Source of the DNA: Phycisphaera mikurensis NBRC 102666
GTDB lineage: Bacteria; Planctomycetota; Phycisphaerae; Phycisphaerales; Phycisphaeraceae
Assembly: GCF_000284115.1 (NCBI RefSeq)
Contig: NC_017080.1
Coordinates: 60,001 to 92,000, forward strand
Reading direction: 5' to 3'
Length of the DNA: 32,000 bases
Positions 1 to 9,479 of this stretch are shown here, piece after piece. Under the pieces are notes generated by a model, which had not been told where the DNA came from, did not search any database, and saw only the letters and a list, made by a program, of their open reading frames with translations. Both the position numbers and the translations under genes were made by a program. How positions within the stretch are numbered: the stretch's first letter is position 1; each line of letters begins with the position of its first letter.

Positions 1-325
1 AGACCGAACGCTTCATCGCCGCCCGCACCCGCTCCGCCTCCCGCGTGCCGTGCCACGCCACGAGCGTGTGCAAGTGCGACGCCGAGCTGCCCACCGCGAT
101 GAGGAGCAGCCGCTGGCGGGCCGCCGCCTCTTGCAGCCAACCGATGCACGACCGCTGCAACGCGGGCGTGCATACCACCTCCGCCCTCTTCATCAAGGCC
201 CGGTGATGCCGAGCCCGAGCCTCGTTCGGCGGCCGGGTCACCCGCCACCGACGGTCGTGATGCCCCGCCTCCCGGTCGACCATCCAGGACCCGTACGTGT
301 GGAGCGTGATGAGAAACAGCGGCAC
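1..325 (-). mobile_element. REP-associated tyrosine transposase (IS200/Y1 HUH family), 3' end truncated by window edge
   Basis: My minus-strand translation reads ...VPLFLITLHTYGSWMVDREAGHHDRRWRV...NEARARHHRALMKRAEVVCTPALQRSCIGWLQEAAARQRLLLIAVGSSASHLHTLVAWHGTREAERVRAAMKRSV. It has the N-terminal 'hTYGtW' block and an HLH (HUH) motif followed by the RVRAAMK block. Putative GTG start at 325; an in-frame stop lies upstream. The catalytic Tyr would be off the window. Confidence 0.72.
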
Positions 326-426
326 AGCGACAAACCTACCAAAGACCGGTCATTCGCGAGCGGCCGCGGTTCCCCTCTCATACACCGCCCTCACACGCAA
401 GCCGAAGAAACCGCCGCAGCCACCCC

Positions 427-738
427 GGCCGCGGTAGCTGCGTGGCGACGCCACGCTGTCCGACTCCCCATCCAGCTCCCTCGCGCACAAGGCAGACAGA
501 GCGGCGTCGCCGCTCCGCTCTCGAAGCCACCCTGGCCGCGCTAGCTGCGTGGCGACGCCACGCTGTCCGAGCCGCCGATCCAGCTCCCTCGCGCACAAGC
601 AGACAGAGCGGCGTCGCCGCTCAGCTCTCGGAGCCAGCCTGGCCGCGGTAGCTGCGTGGCGACGCCACGCTGTCCGACTCCCCATCCAGCCCCCTCGCGC
701 ACAAGGCAGACAGAGCGGCGTCGCCGCTCAGCTCTCGG
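427..738. repeat. Tandem array of three BIME-like units (period 107 bp), each with two inverted REP-like palindromes
   Basis: Units start at 427, 534 and 641 with GGCCGCG[G/C]TAGCTGCGTGGCGACGCCACGCTGTCCGA. Each contains GCGTGGCG-A-CGCCACGC and, about 50 bp on, GAGCGGCG-T-CGCCGCTC preceded by GCGCACAAG(G)CAGACA. Confidence 0.93.
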
Positions 739-779
739 TCGTCAGAGTTCCGGCCCCAACGATCTCGAAGCGCTCGCCC

Positions 780-989
780 TCAGCCGAACCTCGCGCTGAG
801 CCCGAAGAAGCCCGTGTGGTTCTTGGCCCGGACCCGCCGAGCGGTCGCGTCCTCCGCCACCCGGAGCGTCCGCTCTTCCGCTTCTCGAACCAGCCGCGCG
901 TTGACCTCCTTCGCGGTCTCCGGCGTGGCCTTGGAGACGCCGTCTTCTGCCCCACCGGACGGATCAGGCTGGTTGTTCTTCGCGTTCAT
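780..989 (-). CDS. small hypothetical protein, 69 aa
   Basis: ORF MNAKNNQPDPSGGAEDGVSKATPETAKEVNARLVREAEERTLRVAEDATARRVRAKNHTGFFGLSARFG; overlaps the 3' end of the upstream same-strand gene by 26 nt. Confidence 0.35.
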   Translation of the reverse strand: MNAKNNQPDPSGGAEDGVSKATPETAKEVNARLVREAEERTLRVAEDATARRVRAKNHTGFFGLSARFG

Positions 990-1734
990 GGCGTGTCTCT
1001 TCGACCGAAAGAGTAGCCGGGGCGACCGCCTGCGCCCCTCCCTGCGACACGATGGCAAGCAGGATCCCCGCGACCCCCAGAACCAGCGCGTACACCATCG
1101 CTCCCCCGCTCGCTCTGGTCTTCGCGAGCAGCTCGTCGTTGCGTGCCTGAAGGTTGAGGAAAGCGGCCGACACCGCCTCGTACGACAGCTTCAGAGAGGT
1201 CAGCTCGTCTTCCGTGTCGATCCGCAGCAGCTCCACCGGGAGGCGGAGGTGACCGCTTGCGCTGTTGACGGCTCCATCGTCCCCGGCGGCCGGCGGCTGC
1301 GGCCCGCACGATTCCGCGATCATCCGGCGGAGCGGCGGGTCTTGCCGCGGCCGCCAGAGGAACAAGACGCGCAACCGGCACCGCATCGTGCCGCACCAGG
1401 CCCAGCACCGCCGCGGCCACCGCTTCGGGAACGCGCCAAAGACCAGCTTCGCGAAGGCGAGCCCCGCCGCGACCAGCGAGAGCGTCAGAAGGACCACCGC
1501 CCCGAAGAAGGCGGGCCCGCCGATCCTCGGCAGCAGCGTCACGGCTGCCGTGAAGACCGCACCGGTCGCCGCCACCAGGAGCCCGACGCTGAGCTGGAGC
1601 TCCCGCTGGATCAACCGCGCCCGCTCCTCCTCTGCGGCCCAAGCGAAGCGGGCGTGCTCCAGCAGCACCGCCCCGGCCTTCAGCTGCACACCTTCGTCTT
1701 GCTGAGACTGCAGCAGGAACCCCGAAGAAGCCAT
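964..1734 (-). CDS. hypothetical membrane protein, 256 aa
   Basis: Two N-proximal TM segments (LSVGLLVAATGAVFTAAVTLLPRI / GAVVLLTLSLVAAGLAFAKLVFG) and a C-terminal TM (GAMVYALVLGVAGILLAIVSQGGA) preceded by a helical segment. Confidence 0.6.
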   Translation of the reverse strand: MASSGFLLQSQQDEGVQLKAGAVLLEHARFAWAAEEERARLIQRELQLSVGLLVAATGAVFTAAVTLLPRIGGPAFFGAVVLLTLSLVAAGLAFAKLVFGAFPKRWPRRCWAWCGTMRCRLRVLFLWRPRQDPPLRRMIAESCGPQPPAAGDDGAVNSASGHLRLPVELLRIDTEDELTSLKLSYEAVSAAFLNLQARNDELLAKTRASGGAMVYALVLGVAGILLAIVSQGGAQAVAPATLSVEETRHEREEQPA

Positions 1735-1833
1735 GATTCAACGGTACAGGACCCCCCTGAGCTCCACCCGGACGCCGACCCTCGAGAAGCCCATCAAGAC
1801 GCGGAAGACGCCCGCCCCACAGCCGCGAGAGCG

Positions 1834-1908
1834 GCGTGGCGACACCACGCCGCCCCACCCCCGATTCGGCCCACCTCCGCACAAGCAGACAGAGCGGCGT
1901 CACCGCTC
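1834..1908. repeat. Solo BIME-like unit, same family as the 427-738 array
   Basis: GCGTGGCGACACCACGC (1834-1850) plus CGCACAAGCAGACAGAGCGGCGTCACCGCTC (ending 1908); intergenic. Confidence 0.88.
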
Positions 1909-2117
1909 GGTTTCCTCAGTCAGCCCTCACGGAGGGGCTTGTTCGCAGGCACCACAGCCGTGCCCGAGTCCTCGGACCGCGTCGCCGGCGTCGAACACGA
2001 TCACCGCGGACATCATGAGGTGAACCCCCTTGAAATCTGCTCCAAGTCCTTTGATGCTCGATCGTAGAGTGTTCGACTTCCATCTTTCCCGCCACTCGCT
2101 CTCTTGCACGCCGCATG

Positions 2118-3374
2118 TCACGCGGCTCCGGATCCACTGGCAGCCGCCTGGTCGATCCTCATCGCATGCAGAAGCTTCTCGTCATGATGGAGTGGCGCCG
2201 CGCGTTTGAGAGCAATCTGAAGGAGCAGAACCCAGACAAGAACACCAAGCAGCGATTGCAGCGGACCCGCGACAATCCTCCCTGGCAGCCAGAGCGTGAT
2301 GCCCATCGCGATCCAGGGCATCCAGCAACGCAGGAGGCTCATCGAGGCTGGTCTTGTTCCAATCGCCTGCAGCAGCAGCAGCTGCAAGAGAAACGTCAGG
2401 AGAAGATTGTCGTATCCGCGGTGGTAGAAGCTGATCCGGGCGATCACACCAGCGATAGCGAAGAGCAAGAGCGGGGAAGCCGATCGATACCACCAGAGTA
2501 GCCAGCAGCCGAACAGCAAGCCGATCGCGGCGACGCCGTACGTCGCCCAAGGCTCCGGCAATTCGAGCCACGAGCGTGAAGCCTTAATCACACCTCCGGC
2601 CCGGTGAGTATAACTCGCGAGGTGGCTCGAAGCACCGACCTGCGATTCCCACGGTGCAACGCCAGTTAGTAGCCAATGCAATGCTCCCGCCCCCATCACC
2701 AAGGTGCAGGCAGTCGCGAAACCGACCCACCAGCTTCTTCGGCATAAGAGCACGAGCAGGAACGGTGCCGCCAGCGTGGGCTTCACCATTGCGAAGCCAA
2801 TGCAGATTCCTGCGATAGCGGCTTTCTGGCGGTGCAGCAAGATCATCGAAGCGACAAGCGCCCCCATCACCACCACCCCGTAGTTGGCCACCGCAAGCGT
2901 AGCGGGGTAGCTCACCATACCAAAGACAGACGCGAAGCCGAGGCAGCGCACCCCCCGGGGCCCGGCCCGAGTCAGCTTCGCTGCCCATAGGAGCACGAGC
3001 ACCCACGCTGCCAGCGACAACGCCATGAACCACCGATCCGCCACAACGACGTCCGGTGGCCAGTGGAGGGGCACGGCCAGCCCGTAGGCGAACGGAGGAT
3101 ACTCGCCGATCGGCCATGCTCGCTGGGGCAACCGAAGAGCTTCGAAAAAGCGAATCCCCTCTGTCTCGAGAAGGCCCATTGCGAATTCGTCATCGCGGTT
3201 TGCCACCGCTTGGTGCAACAAATTCGGATCGATCCCACGCAGCACGTAGTGCACCTGCTGCCATCGCAACGCGGCATCGCCACCTTGCCCTCGTTCCCAG
3301 CGCTGCGACGCCACCGTGGTGTAGGTCACACCGAGGAGCAGCAAGCAGACGGTGAAGAATCGGCTAACTTTCAT
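2118..3374 (-). CDS. GT87/DUF2029-family polytopic membrane glycosyltransferase-like protein
   Basis: MKVSRFFTVCLLLLGVTYTTVASQRW...RGIDPNLLHQ...EYPPFAYGLAVPLHWPP... followed by multiple TM helices and ISFYHRGYDNLLLTFLLQLLLL, typical of GT87. Confidence 0.75.
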   Translation of the reverse strand: MKVSRFFTVCLLLLGVTYTTVASQRWERGQGGDAALRWQQVHYVLRGIDPNLLHQAVANRDDEFAMGLLETEGIRFFEALRLPQRAWPIGEYPPFAYGLAVPLHWPPDVVVADRWFMALSLAAWVLVLLWAAKLTRAGPRGVRCLGFASVFGMVSYPATLAVANYGVVVMGALVASMILLHRQKAAIAGICIGFAMVKPTLAAPFLLVLLCRRSWWVGFATACTLVMGAGALHWLLTGVAPWESQVGASSHLASYTHRAGGVIKASRSWLELPEPWATYGVAAIGLLFGCWLLWWYRSASPLLLFAIAGVIARISFYHRGYDNLLLTFLLQLLLLQAIGTRPASMSLLRCWMPWIAMGITLWLPGRIVAGPLQSLLGVLVWVLLLQIALKRAAPLHHDEKLLHAMRIDQAAASGSGAA

Positions 3375-4466
3375 CCCGGGCCGCTATGACTCGACGGTTC
3401 GAACGCCGGTCGCTGCCGCTTCTCTCGGATCCAAGCTTCATCAGGCGTACTCCCATCGCTTCGGTGATCGCCTTCGAAGCGTCATCCAAGGCTGCGCCCC
3501 GAAAGCTACGATAGCTAGAAATCTTCTGGGGTGTTTCCGACCTTGCGGGTACCCCAGAATGACCGGTTGACACCTGACAAAGCTCATGAAAGGATGATCG
3601 GGACTCTGAGTTCGCCACGGTGAGGGACAAGAGCGGGAGCTGGACACCGATTTCTCATGAGCGTTGTCAGCCGGTGCGTGACCGGAGGAAACATCGCACC
3701 GGCAGATCGGACGCTTGGGCCGGTAGCCGAGGGGGCTGCGGGCGGAAGGGAAGGCACACCCGCTCTTTGCACACTGGCACGGCTCAGATCTTCGCTTGCT
3801 ATAAACAACTCCGCGGGCGATCTTTGCGCAGCTTTCTATCGCCGGGCGCATGCTGTCGGACTGCGCTGGCAGCGACCGGATCTTCCTTCGCGTGGTTCCG
3901 CCGCCACGCGGTCTCGGCGCCGACTCCTGTGCAGCGCCATCGACGCTTCCAGGCGTGCGCGGATGACGCCGCCACAGTGCGATCCATCTCGCACGGCAGA
4001 GCCATGTTGTCCTTCTTGGCCGCCTCCGTCTCGAGGGCGTCGGCGTGCGTCTGGAGCTTGCGGGAGGTCCCGACCCGCCGCTCGATCCACCCGCCAGCTT
4101 GCTAAATCTTGCAGGGAGCCTGGGTTCTGGCTGCTGAACTTCGGCCAGGCGAGCCGAGGCGGATGACGGACTCCGTGGAGGCCACGAAGGAACGGATCGT
4201 CTGCGACACCGAGTTGGAGTCGCCGCGGACAGCGGCGGGAGCTTTGGTCTGCACTTGGACCGACACCTCCTGGGTGTAGCGGCTGCTGGGCGACAGGCAC
4301 GCGAAGCCGGGTCGTGAGGAGCTTGGGTTAACGTGCTCCCCAAGGAGCGGGATCGTGATCGCCTCAAGCCCCCGGCGGCGATGCCCGAGAAGCCGAAGCG
4401 GCAAGCCGGCGGCCCTGGCGCGTGCCCGCCGCACCGACTGGGCGAGACGCTCTGCTTCGCGACGCC

Positions 4467-5999
4467 ATGCCCCCCCACGCCGCCACTGATCTGCGAGCCG
4501 AGGCGCGTGCTGGCGCCTTCTGGACAACGCTGCTCACAGTCGCCTCGCGCCTGCAGCAAACGGTGATGCAGCTCGTGCTGGCGTGGCTGCTCTCGCCGTC
4601 GGACTTCGGGCTGATCGCGATGGCCACGACGGTGATGGCGTTTGCCTGGTTCCTCCGGCATGCCGGCCTCGGGTCGATTCTCATCCAGCGTCAGAAAAGA
4701 TTCAGTCTTTGGGTAAGCCCGGCCACTGCGATGGTCTGCCTGTCTGGCGCGGCTGCGACGCTGCTGGCCCTGGCGGCCGCAGCTCCCGCGGCGCGGGCCT
4801 ATGGCCGCCCAGAGCTCGCTTTCATCATCGGCCTGTTTGCGCTCTCGGTGCTGCCCGAGGCTCTGCGCTCAATCGCCCAAGCGAAGCTTCGGGCCGACCT
4901 GCGGTTCCGGTCGCTCACCCAGCTGCAGCTTCTGAATCTCGCGCTGGTGTTCGCTTTGAGTGTCGGCCTGGCGTGGTTGAACTTCGGTGTCTATGCCCTA
5001 GTCATTCCCCGCGTGGCGGGCGGCTTCTTCGGCCTCGCAGCGGAGTGGGCGGTGGCACGCCCGGGGCTGCGACCCCGACGGATGCTGCGCCCGCGTCGCT
5101 GGAAGCACCTGCTCGGCAGCAGTGTGTGGATCACGCTCGCGGGCTTGAGCGTGCAGTTCATGAATCAAGGCGACTACGCGGTGCTCGGATTCTTCGAGGA
5201 TGAGGAGCTGGTGGGCCACTACTACTTCGCCTTCCTGCTCAGCTCGCAGGCGATGATGCTGGTGACCATCAACATCGGCGGGGTGCTCACGCCTGTGCTC
5301 GCGCGGATGCAGGACCGGCCCGCCGAGCAGGCCGACCGCTTCGACGAGGTCTGTCGGCTGATCGCCTTGGTCGGCTTCCCCGCCTGCTTCGGTTTGGCGC
5401 TCGTGGCCGACCCCCTCCTCCGCGTGTGCTTCGACCCCCGTTACCTGCCGGCGATACCTTTTCTCCAGTGGCTGTCGGTGGGCATGGCCTTCCGGCTTGT
5501 GGGGCACAACGGCTCGTTTCTGCTGCAGGCCAACGGCCGCTGGCGGCGCTACTTCCTGCTCAGCTTCGCCAACGCTGTGCTCTTCCTCGCGGCATGCTTG
5601 GTGGGCCACACCCTCGGCGGCGCCGCGGGTCTCACCGCGGGCGTCACGCTCTTTTACGCCGCCTTCGGCGTCTCCCAGCTCGCCTTCTCCGGCGCCCGCA
5701 GCGAGCGGCCGAAGGCCGCACGGCTTGCACGGATCTACACCGCCCCCCTGGCGGCCACCGCCCCGGCCTACGCCGGACTCGCTGCCATCGCCGGAGCTCT
5801 CGCGTGGCCGCCGCTCGTGGAGCTGCCGCTCCTGATCCTTGCCGGCATGGCTTCCACTGGACTCGTCCTGCGCTTGGCTTTCCCCGCGGCTTTCGCCGCT
5901 GTGCTCGAACAGCTACCGGGCGAGCGGTGGATCCAACGCCTGCCACGGTTCGCTGCCGGGCGTCAGATCGCCGACAATACAGCGGATCCTTCTACCTGA
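4467..5999 (+). CDS. MOP-superfamily polysaccharide flippase (Wzx/PST type)
   Basis: MPPHAATDLRAEARAGAFWTTLLTVASRLQQTVMQLVLAWLLSPSDFGLIAMATTVMAFAWFLRHAGLGSILIQRQ...; 12-14 TM pattern and typical Wzx N-terminus. Confidence 0.93.
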   Translation: MPPHAATDLRAEARAGAFWTTLLTVASRLQQTVMQLVLAWLLSPSDFGLIAMATTVMAFAWFLRHAGLGSILIQRQKRFSLWVSPATAMVCLSGAAATLLALAAAAPAARAYGRPELAFIIGLFALSVLPEALRSIAQAKLRADLRFRSLTQLQLLNLALVFALSVGLAWLNFGVYALVIPRVAGGFFGLAAEWAVARPGLRPRRMLRPRRWKHLLGSSVWITLAGLSVQFMNQGDYAVLGFFEDEELVGHYYFAFLLSSQAMMLVTINIGGVLTPVLARMQDRPAEQADRFDEVCRLIALVGFPACFGLALVADPLLRVCFDPRYLPAIPFLQWLSVGMAFRLVGHNGSFLLQANGRWRRYFLLSFANAVLFLAACLVGHTLGGAAGLTAGVTLFYAAFGVSQLAFSGARSERPKAARLARIYTAPLAATAPAYAGLAAIAGALAWPPLVELPLLILAGMASTGLVLRLAFPAAFAAVLEQLPGERWIQRLPRFAAGRQIADNTADPST

Positions 6000-6075
6000 G
6001 CATCCACCCGCGCGGCCCTTAGACTCCTCGGCTCCCTTGCCTCTTGCCGGCGGCACCCGCTGACTTCCGCCTCCG

Positions 6076-6927
6076 ATGACCGCTCATCCCCTCCAGAAGC
6101 GCCCCGACTTCCTTCTCATCGGGGCCCAAAAGGCGGGCACCACGTCGCTGTTCTTCGACCTGCGGGCGCAGCCCAGCCTCTTCGTGCCCGACGGGAAAGA
6201 GCTGCGCGTACTTCTTGAGGACGAGGACGACCGGGTGCGTGCCCTGTACGAGCGCCACTTCGCCCAAGCGCCGGCGGGACAGCTCCGCGGCGACTGCTCC
6301 ACCGATTACGCCAAGCGGACGGAGCACCCCGGCGTGCCAGAGCGTGCCCGGCGGCTGCTGGGGGCCGACACCCGGCTGATCTACATGCTCCGCGATCCGG
6401 TCCAGCGGCTGTTGAGCCACCACCACCACGAGTGCAATCGCGGCGAGCCGCTCCCGCTCGCGGACGCGCTCGACGCTTGGCCCCGGCTCGTCGACAACTC
6501 GCGTTACGCCTTTCAAGCGGAAGCGTGGCTGGAGCATTTTTCCGCGGATCGGCTGCTCGTCGTGTTCTTCGAGGATTTCGTCCGCGACCGGGCGGCGGTC
6601 GTAGAGCGGTGCTGCACCTTCTTGGGGTCCGGCTTCTCGCCGGAGGCGGTTGGCGACGCGGTGCACAATCGCAGCAGCGGGAAGGCTCGGGCCGATGCCC
6701 CGGTCCAACGCCTGCGAAAGCTGCCGCTGTATCAAAGCGTGGTCCGGCCGCTCGTGCCGCTGGAGCTGCGGCTCAAGATCGTCCGGGCGTTGAGCCCCAA
6801 GGCCCCCAAGCGCGCATCAACCCTCGATCCGGTGCTACAAGAGCGGGTGAACGCCGCGCTCGCACCGGACCGGGAGCGGCTCGAGGCAATGTTGGGCGCC
6901 CCGGCACCTTGGGCGTCCGCACGTTGA
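6076..6927 (+). CDS. sulfotransferase domain protein
   Basis: 5'-PSB motif FLLIGAQKAGTTSLFFDL and 3'-PB-like motif RLIYMLRDPVQRLLSHHHHE. Confidence 0.93.
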   Translation: MTAHPLQKRPDFLLIGAQKAGTTSLFFDLRAQPSLFVPDGKELRVLLEDEDDRVRALYERHFAQAPAGQLRGDCSTDYAKRTEHPGVPERARRLLGADTRLIYMLRDPVQRLLSHHHHECNRGEPLPLADALDAWPRLVDNSRYAFQAEAWLEHFSADRLLVVFFEDFVRDRAAVVERCCTFLGSGFSPEAVGDAVHNRSSGKARADAPVQRLRKLPLYQSVVRPLVPLELRLKIVRALSPKAPKRASTLDPVLQERVNAALAPDRERLEAMLGAPAPWASAR

Positions 6928-6942
6928 AGGGGGAAATCCAGC

Positions 6943-8280
6943 ATGACCGGGCTCGGTGACAACAAAGCGTTCCTGTACCTCGAGGCCGTGAACGTCTGGG
7001 GCTTGAGCCTCGTGCTGCTGGCGGCCGCCACGTTCTTGGTCCTTCTTCCGGCACGCCTGCGCGTACAGGCCGGAGTTTTTTTGTCGGCGGCGTGGCTGCC
7101 GATGAATCTCTTCACCGACTTCCTGCAGCTGTTCGTCCCCGCCAAGGTCACGTTCTTCGCGGGTCCGGGTCTCATCCTCCTTGGGCTGGCCACAACCGCG
7201 TCGCACGTCTTCCAGCGGGGCCTGGTCTGGGTGCTGCCCCTCTTTGGGTTGGCCATGTCGGTCTTCGTCCTCCGCACCGCAGACGTGAGCTACGCACTTG
7301 TCACGCGGCTGGGCTGGAGCTTCGGAGCCCTCGCCTTCTCCGGCCTGGCCGTCTATACCGTCGACACCGGCCGGTACCGCGAGACGCTCGGCGCTTTCAC
7401 CTACGGCGCCGTGCTGCCGATCGGTCTTGCGGCCGCTGCACTCGTGTTCTCGCCGGGCAGCGGGTTCGGCCGGGGGGTGGGCCGCTTCTTCCCCTGGGGA
7501 GCCAACCCGAACCAGATTGGCCCACTCTTTGCGTCCACCGGTGTGCTGGCACTCACGTTGATGCTCGTGGAGAACCGTGCGGGCCGGCGGGGGTTGCTCG
7601 CCGCCATTCTGGTGGCCTGCACCGGTCTGACGCTGATGACCGGCAGCCGCTCCGCTCTGCTGATCCTCGCGGGTCCAGCGATGCTGATTGCGGCCGGCTA
7701 CCGCCGCTTTGTTTGGCTTGCGGTCATCGGTCTGGCTGGCCTCACCGCTTGGTGGTTGGTCGTCTACCGCAGCGGCGTGAACGTGGACCTCGCGCGGATC
7801 ACCGGCGGGGGCGACAGCGGGCGACTCGACATCGCTCGCATTTACTTCCGGCGGCTGATCGGCGAACGCCCGATGCTGGGTCTGCTCGAGGCTGGGGGCC
7901 TCAACAGCCAGCAGGAGAGTGGTGTGGGCACCCACTCGCACAACGTGTACGTCGAGTTCCTGTACCTCGGCGGGCTTCCGTTGCTGCTCGCTGCCACGGG
8001 GCTACTCGTGGGCATGGCGATCGTCAGCGTCCGGATGGTCCTCGCTGGCATCGCCACCCGCCACTCCCTGCTGCTGGGCCTCGGCGCGATTCCGCTGGTC
8101 ATGCTTGTGCACAACCTCACCACGATTATTGTGATCTACCCGACCAATTCCTGGTACGCCGTCGTCATCTTCAGCGCGGTGGCCCTCGGCCGCCTCAGCC
8201 AATACCGGCGGGAGGGCCACGCAGCGCCCCCCGCGGTCGCCCCCGGCGTCGCCGCTCCCGCTCCGGGGGTGGCGGTCTGA
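6943..8280 (+). CDS. O-antigen ligase/polymerase family (Wzy_C) membrane protein
   Basis: Polytopic protein with MTGSRSALLIL and THSHNVYVEFLYLGGLPLLLAATGLLVG, characteristic of the Wzy_C family. Confidence 0.9.
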   Translation: MTGLGDNKAFLYLEAVNVWGLSLVLLAAATFLVLLPARLRVQAGVFLSAAWLPMNLFTDFLQLFVPAKVTFFAGPGLILLGLATTASHVFQRGLVWVLPLFGLAMSVFVLRTADVSYALVTRLGWSFGALAFSGLAVYTVDTGRYRETLGAFTYGAVLPIGLAAAALVFSPGSGFGRGVGRFFPWGANPNQIGPLFASTGVLALTLMLVENRAGRRGLLAAILVACTGLTLMTGSRSALLILAGPAMLIAAGYRRFVWLAVIGLAGLTAWWLVVYRSGVNVDLARITGGGDSGRLDIARIYFRRLIGERPMLGLLEAGGLNSQQESGVGTHSHNVYVEFLYLGGLPLLLAATGLLVGMAIVSVRMVLAGIATRHSLLLGLGAIPLVMLVHNLTTIIVIYPTNSWYAVVIFSAVALGRLSQYRREGHAAPPAVAPGVAAPAPGVAV

Positions 8281-9479
8281 TGCCGCATCGCAGCCAATCG
8301 GTGCTCCACGTGCTCGGCACGCTGGACCCTCGCTGCGGCGGGCCGCCTCAGGTCTGTGCCGCTCTCTCGGCCACGCAAGCGCGACGCGGCGATCGCGTAG
8401 CGGTGTTGACCTCTCACGCGACGGACCCGGAGGTCCTCCGCGACGAGTACCGCGAGAAGTGCCCGGGTTTCGAGGAGGTCCGCCAGCTGCACGCGCCACC
8501 CTCGAAGCGCCTGTTGTTGGGCAGCGGGCTGGCGGCGGATGGGCTCGAGGCCCTGGACCGGGCCGACGTGGTGCACGCCCACGGGGTGTGGGAGCCCGTG
8601 CTGGTGGCGGCAGCGCGGAGGGTACGCCGCAGGCGAGGCGTCTTCGTGCTGCGGCCGGCGGGGATGCTGGATCCCTGGTCACTCGCCCAGAAGCCGCTGA
8701 AAAAGCGGCTGGCCCGCGCCCTGACCCACCGGGCCATCTTCCGCGGCCGCGGGTTCGTGCATGCGCTCACCGACGCCGAGCAGGAGCACGTGGGGTCGTT
8801 GGCGGGTGTGATGCCGATTCGCATTGTGCCCAACGGGGTCAGCGACGCGATGCTCCGAGCCGCCGAGACCCGGAACCCTGATACCTACCGCCGCACGCTT
8901 CCCGAGCTCGGGACGGACCCTTACGTTTTGTTCCTGGGGCGCCTCCACCACAAGAAGGGGCTGGACCGCCTGGCCCGAGCTTTCAGCGTGCTCGCGGAGC
9001 GTCATGACCGCGTGCAGCTCGTCGTGGCGGGCCAAGAGGAAGGGGCGGGCCCCGAGGCGGCACGGGTTCTCGCGGCCGCGGGTGTGTCCCGGCGTGCCCA
9101 CTTCGTGGGACCGCTGCTGGGGGAGGCCAAGCAGGCCGCTATGCAGGGAGCCGCCTGTTTCGCGCTGCCCAGCCGCCAGGAAGGCTTCAGCGTTGCCGTG
9201 CTGGAAGCACTCGCCACTGGATGCCCGGCCGTCATCACCCCTGAGTGCCACTTCGATGCCTTGGAGCCGGCGGGTGCGGGCCGCGTTGTCAACGGCGATG
9301 ACGCTGCGGCCGTGGCTGCGGCTTGGCACGGGTACCTCGACAGCGCTGACGCCCGATCTGCCGCCGGTGCTGCGGCCACGCGGCTGGTGTCCTCGGCCTT
9401 CACCTGGGATCACATCGCCGAGCGCCTCGCTGGACTCTACGACGATTGCCTCCGTGATCCGGGATTCGGATCCGCCTGA
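8280..9479 (+). CDS. glycosyltransferase family 4
   Basis: ATG overlaps the preceding TGA (TGATG). HVLGTLDPRCGGPPQVCAALS..., VHAHGVWEP, RIVPNGV, YVLFLGRLHHKKGLDRLARAF, FALPSRQEGFSVAVLEALATGCPAVIT. Confidence 0.95.
   Translation: MPHRSQSVLHVLGTLDPRCGGPPQVCAALSATQARRGDRVAVLTSHATDPEVLRDEYREKCPGFEEVRQLHAPPSKRLLLGSGLAADGLEALDRADVVHAHGVWEPVLVAAARRVRRRRGVFVLRPAGMLDPWSLAQKPLKKRLARALTHRAIFRGRGFVHALTDAEQEHVGSLAGVMPIRIVPNGVSDAMLRAAETRNPDTYRRTLPELGTDPYVLFLGRLHHKKGLDRLARAFSVLAERHDRVQLVVAGQEEGAGPEAARVLAAAGVSRRAHFVGPLLGEAKQAAMQGAACFALPSRQEGFSVAVLEALATGCPAVITPECHFDALEPAGAGRVVNGDDAAAVAAAWHGYLDSADARSAAGAAATRLVSSAFTWDHIAERLAGLYDDCLRDPGFGSA

Noticed and set aside
427-738. CRISPR array interpretation of the 107-bp repeats
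   Set aside because: The whole unit repeats with no variable spacers; each unit contains two inverted palindromes and no cas genes are nearby.
3845-3875. Possible degenerate REP copy: CGCGTGGTTCCGCCGCCACGCG hairpin, minus strand preceded by GGAGTCGG as in the array
   Set aside because: Only one half of the BIME is present and the apex differs; similarity too short to include without a genome-wide alignment.
3441-4661. 406-aa minus-strand ORF upstream of and overlapping the flippase
   Set aside because: Arg/Ser/Pro-rich composition, overlaps the clear Wzx reading frame, no recognisable domain; likely high-GC noise.
7092-8279. Long plus-strand ORF extension upstream of the GT4 gene
   Set aside because: Alternate frame of the Wzy-like gene, with Arg/His/Gly-rich nonsense composition; only the part from 8280 is GT4.
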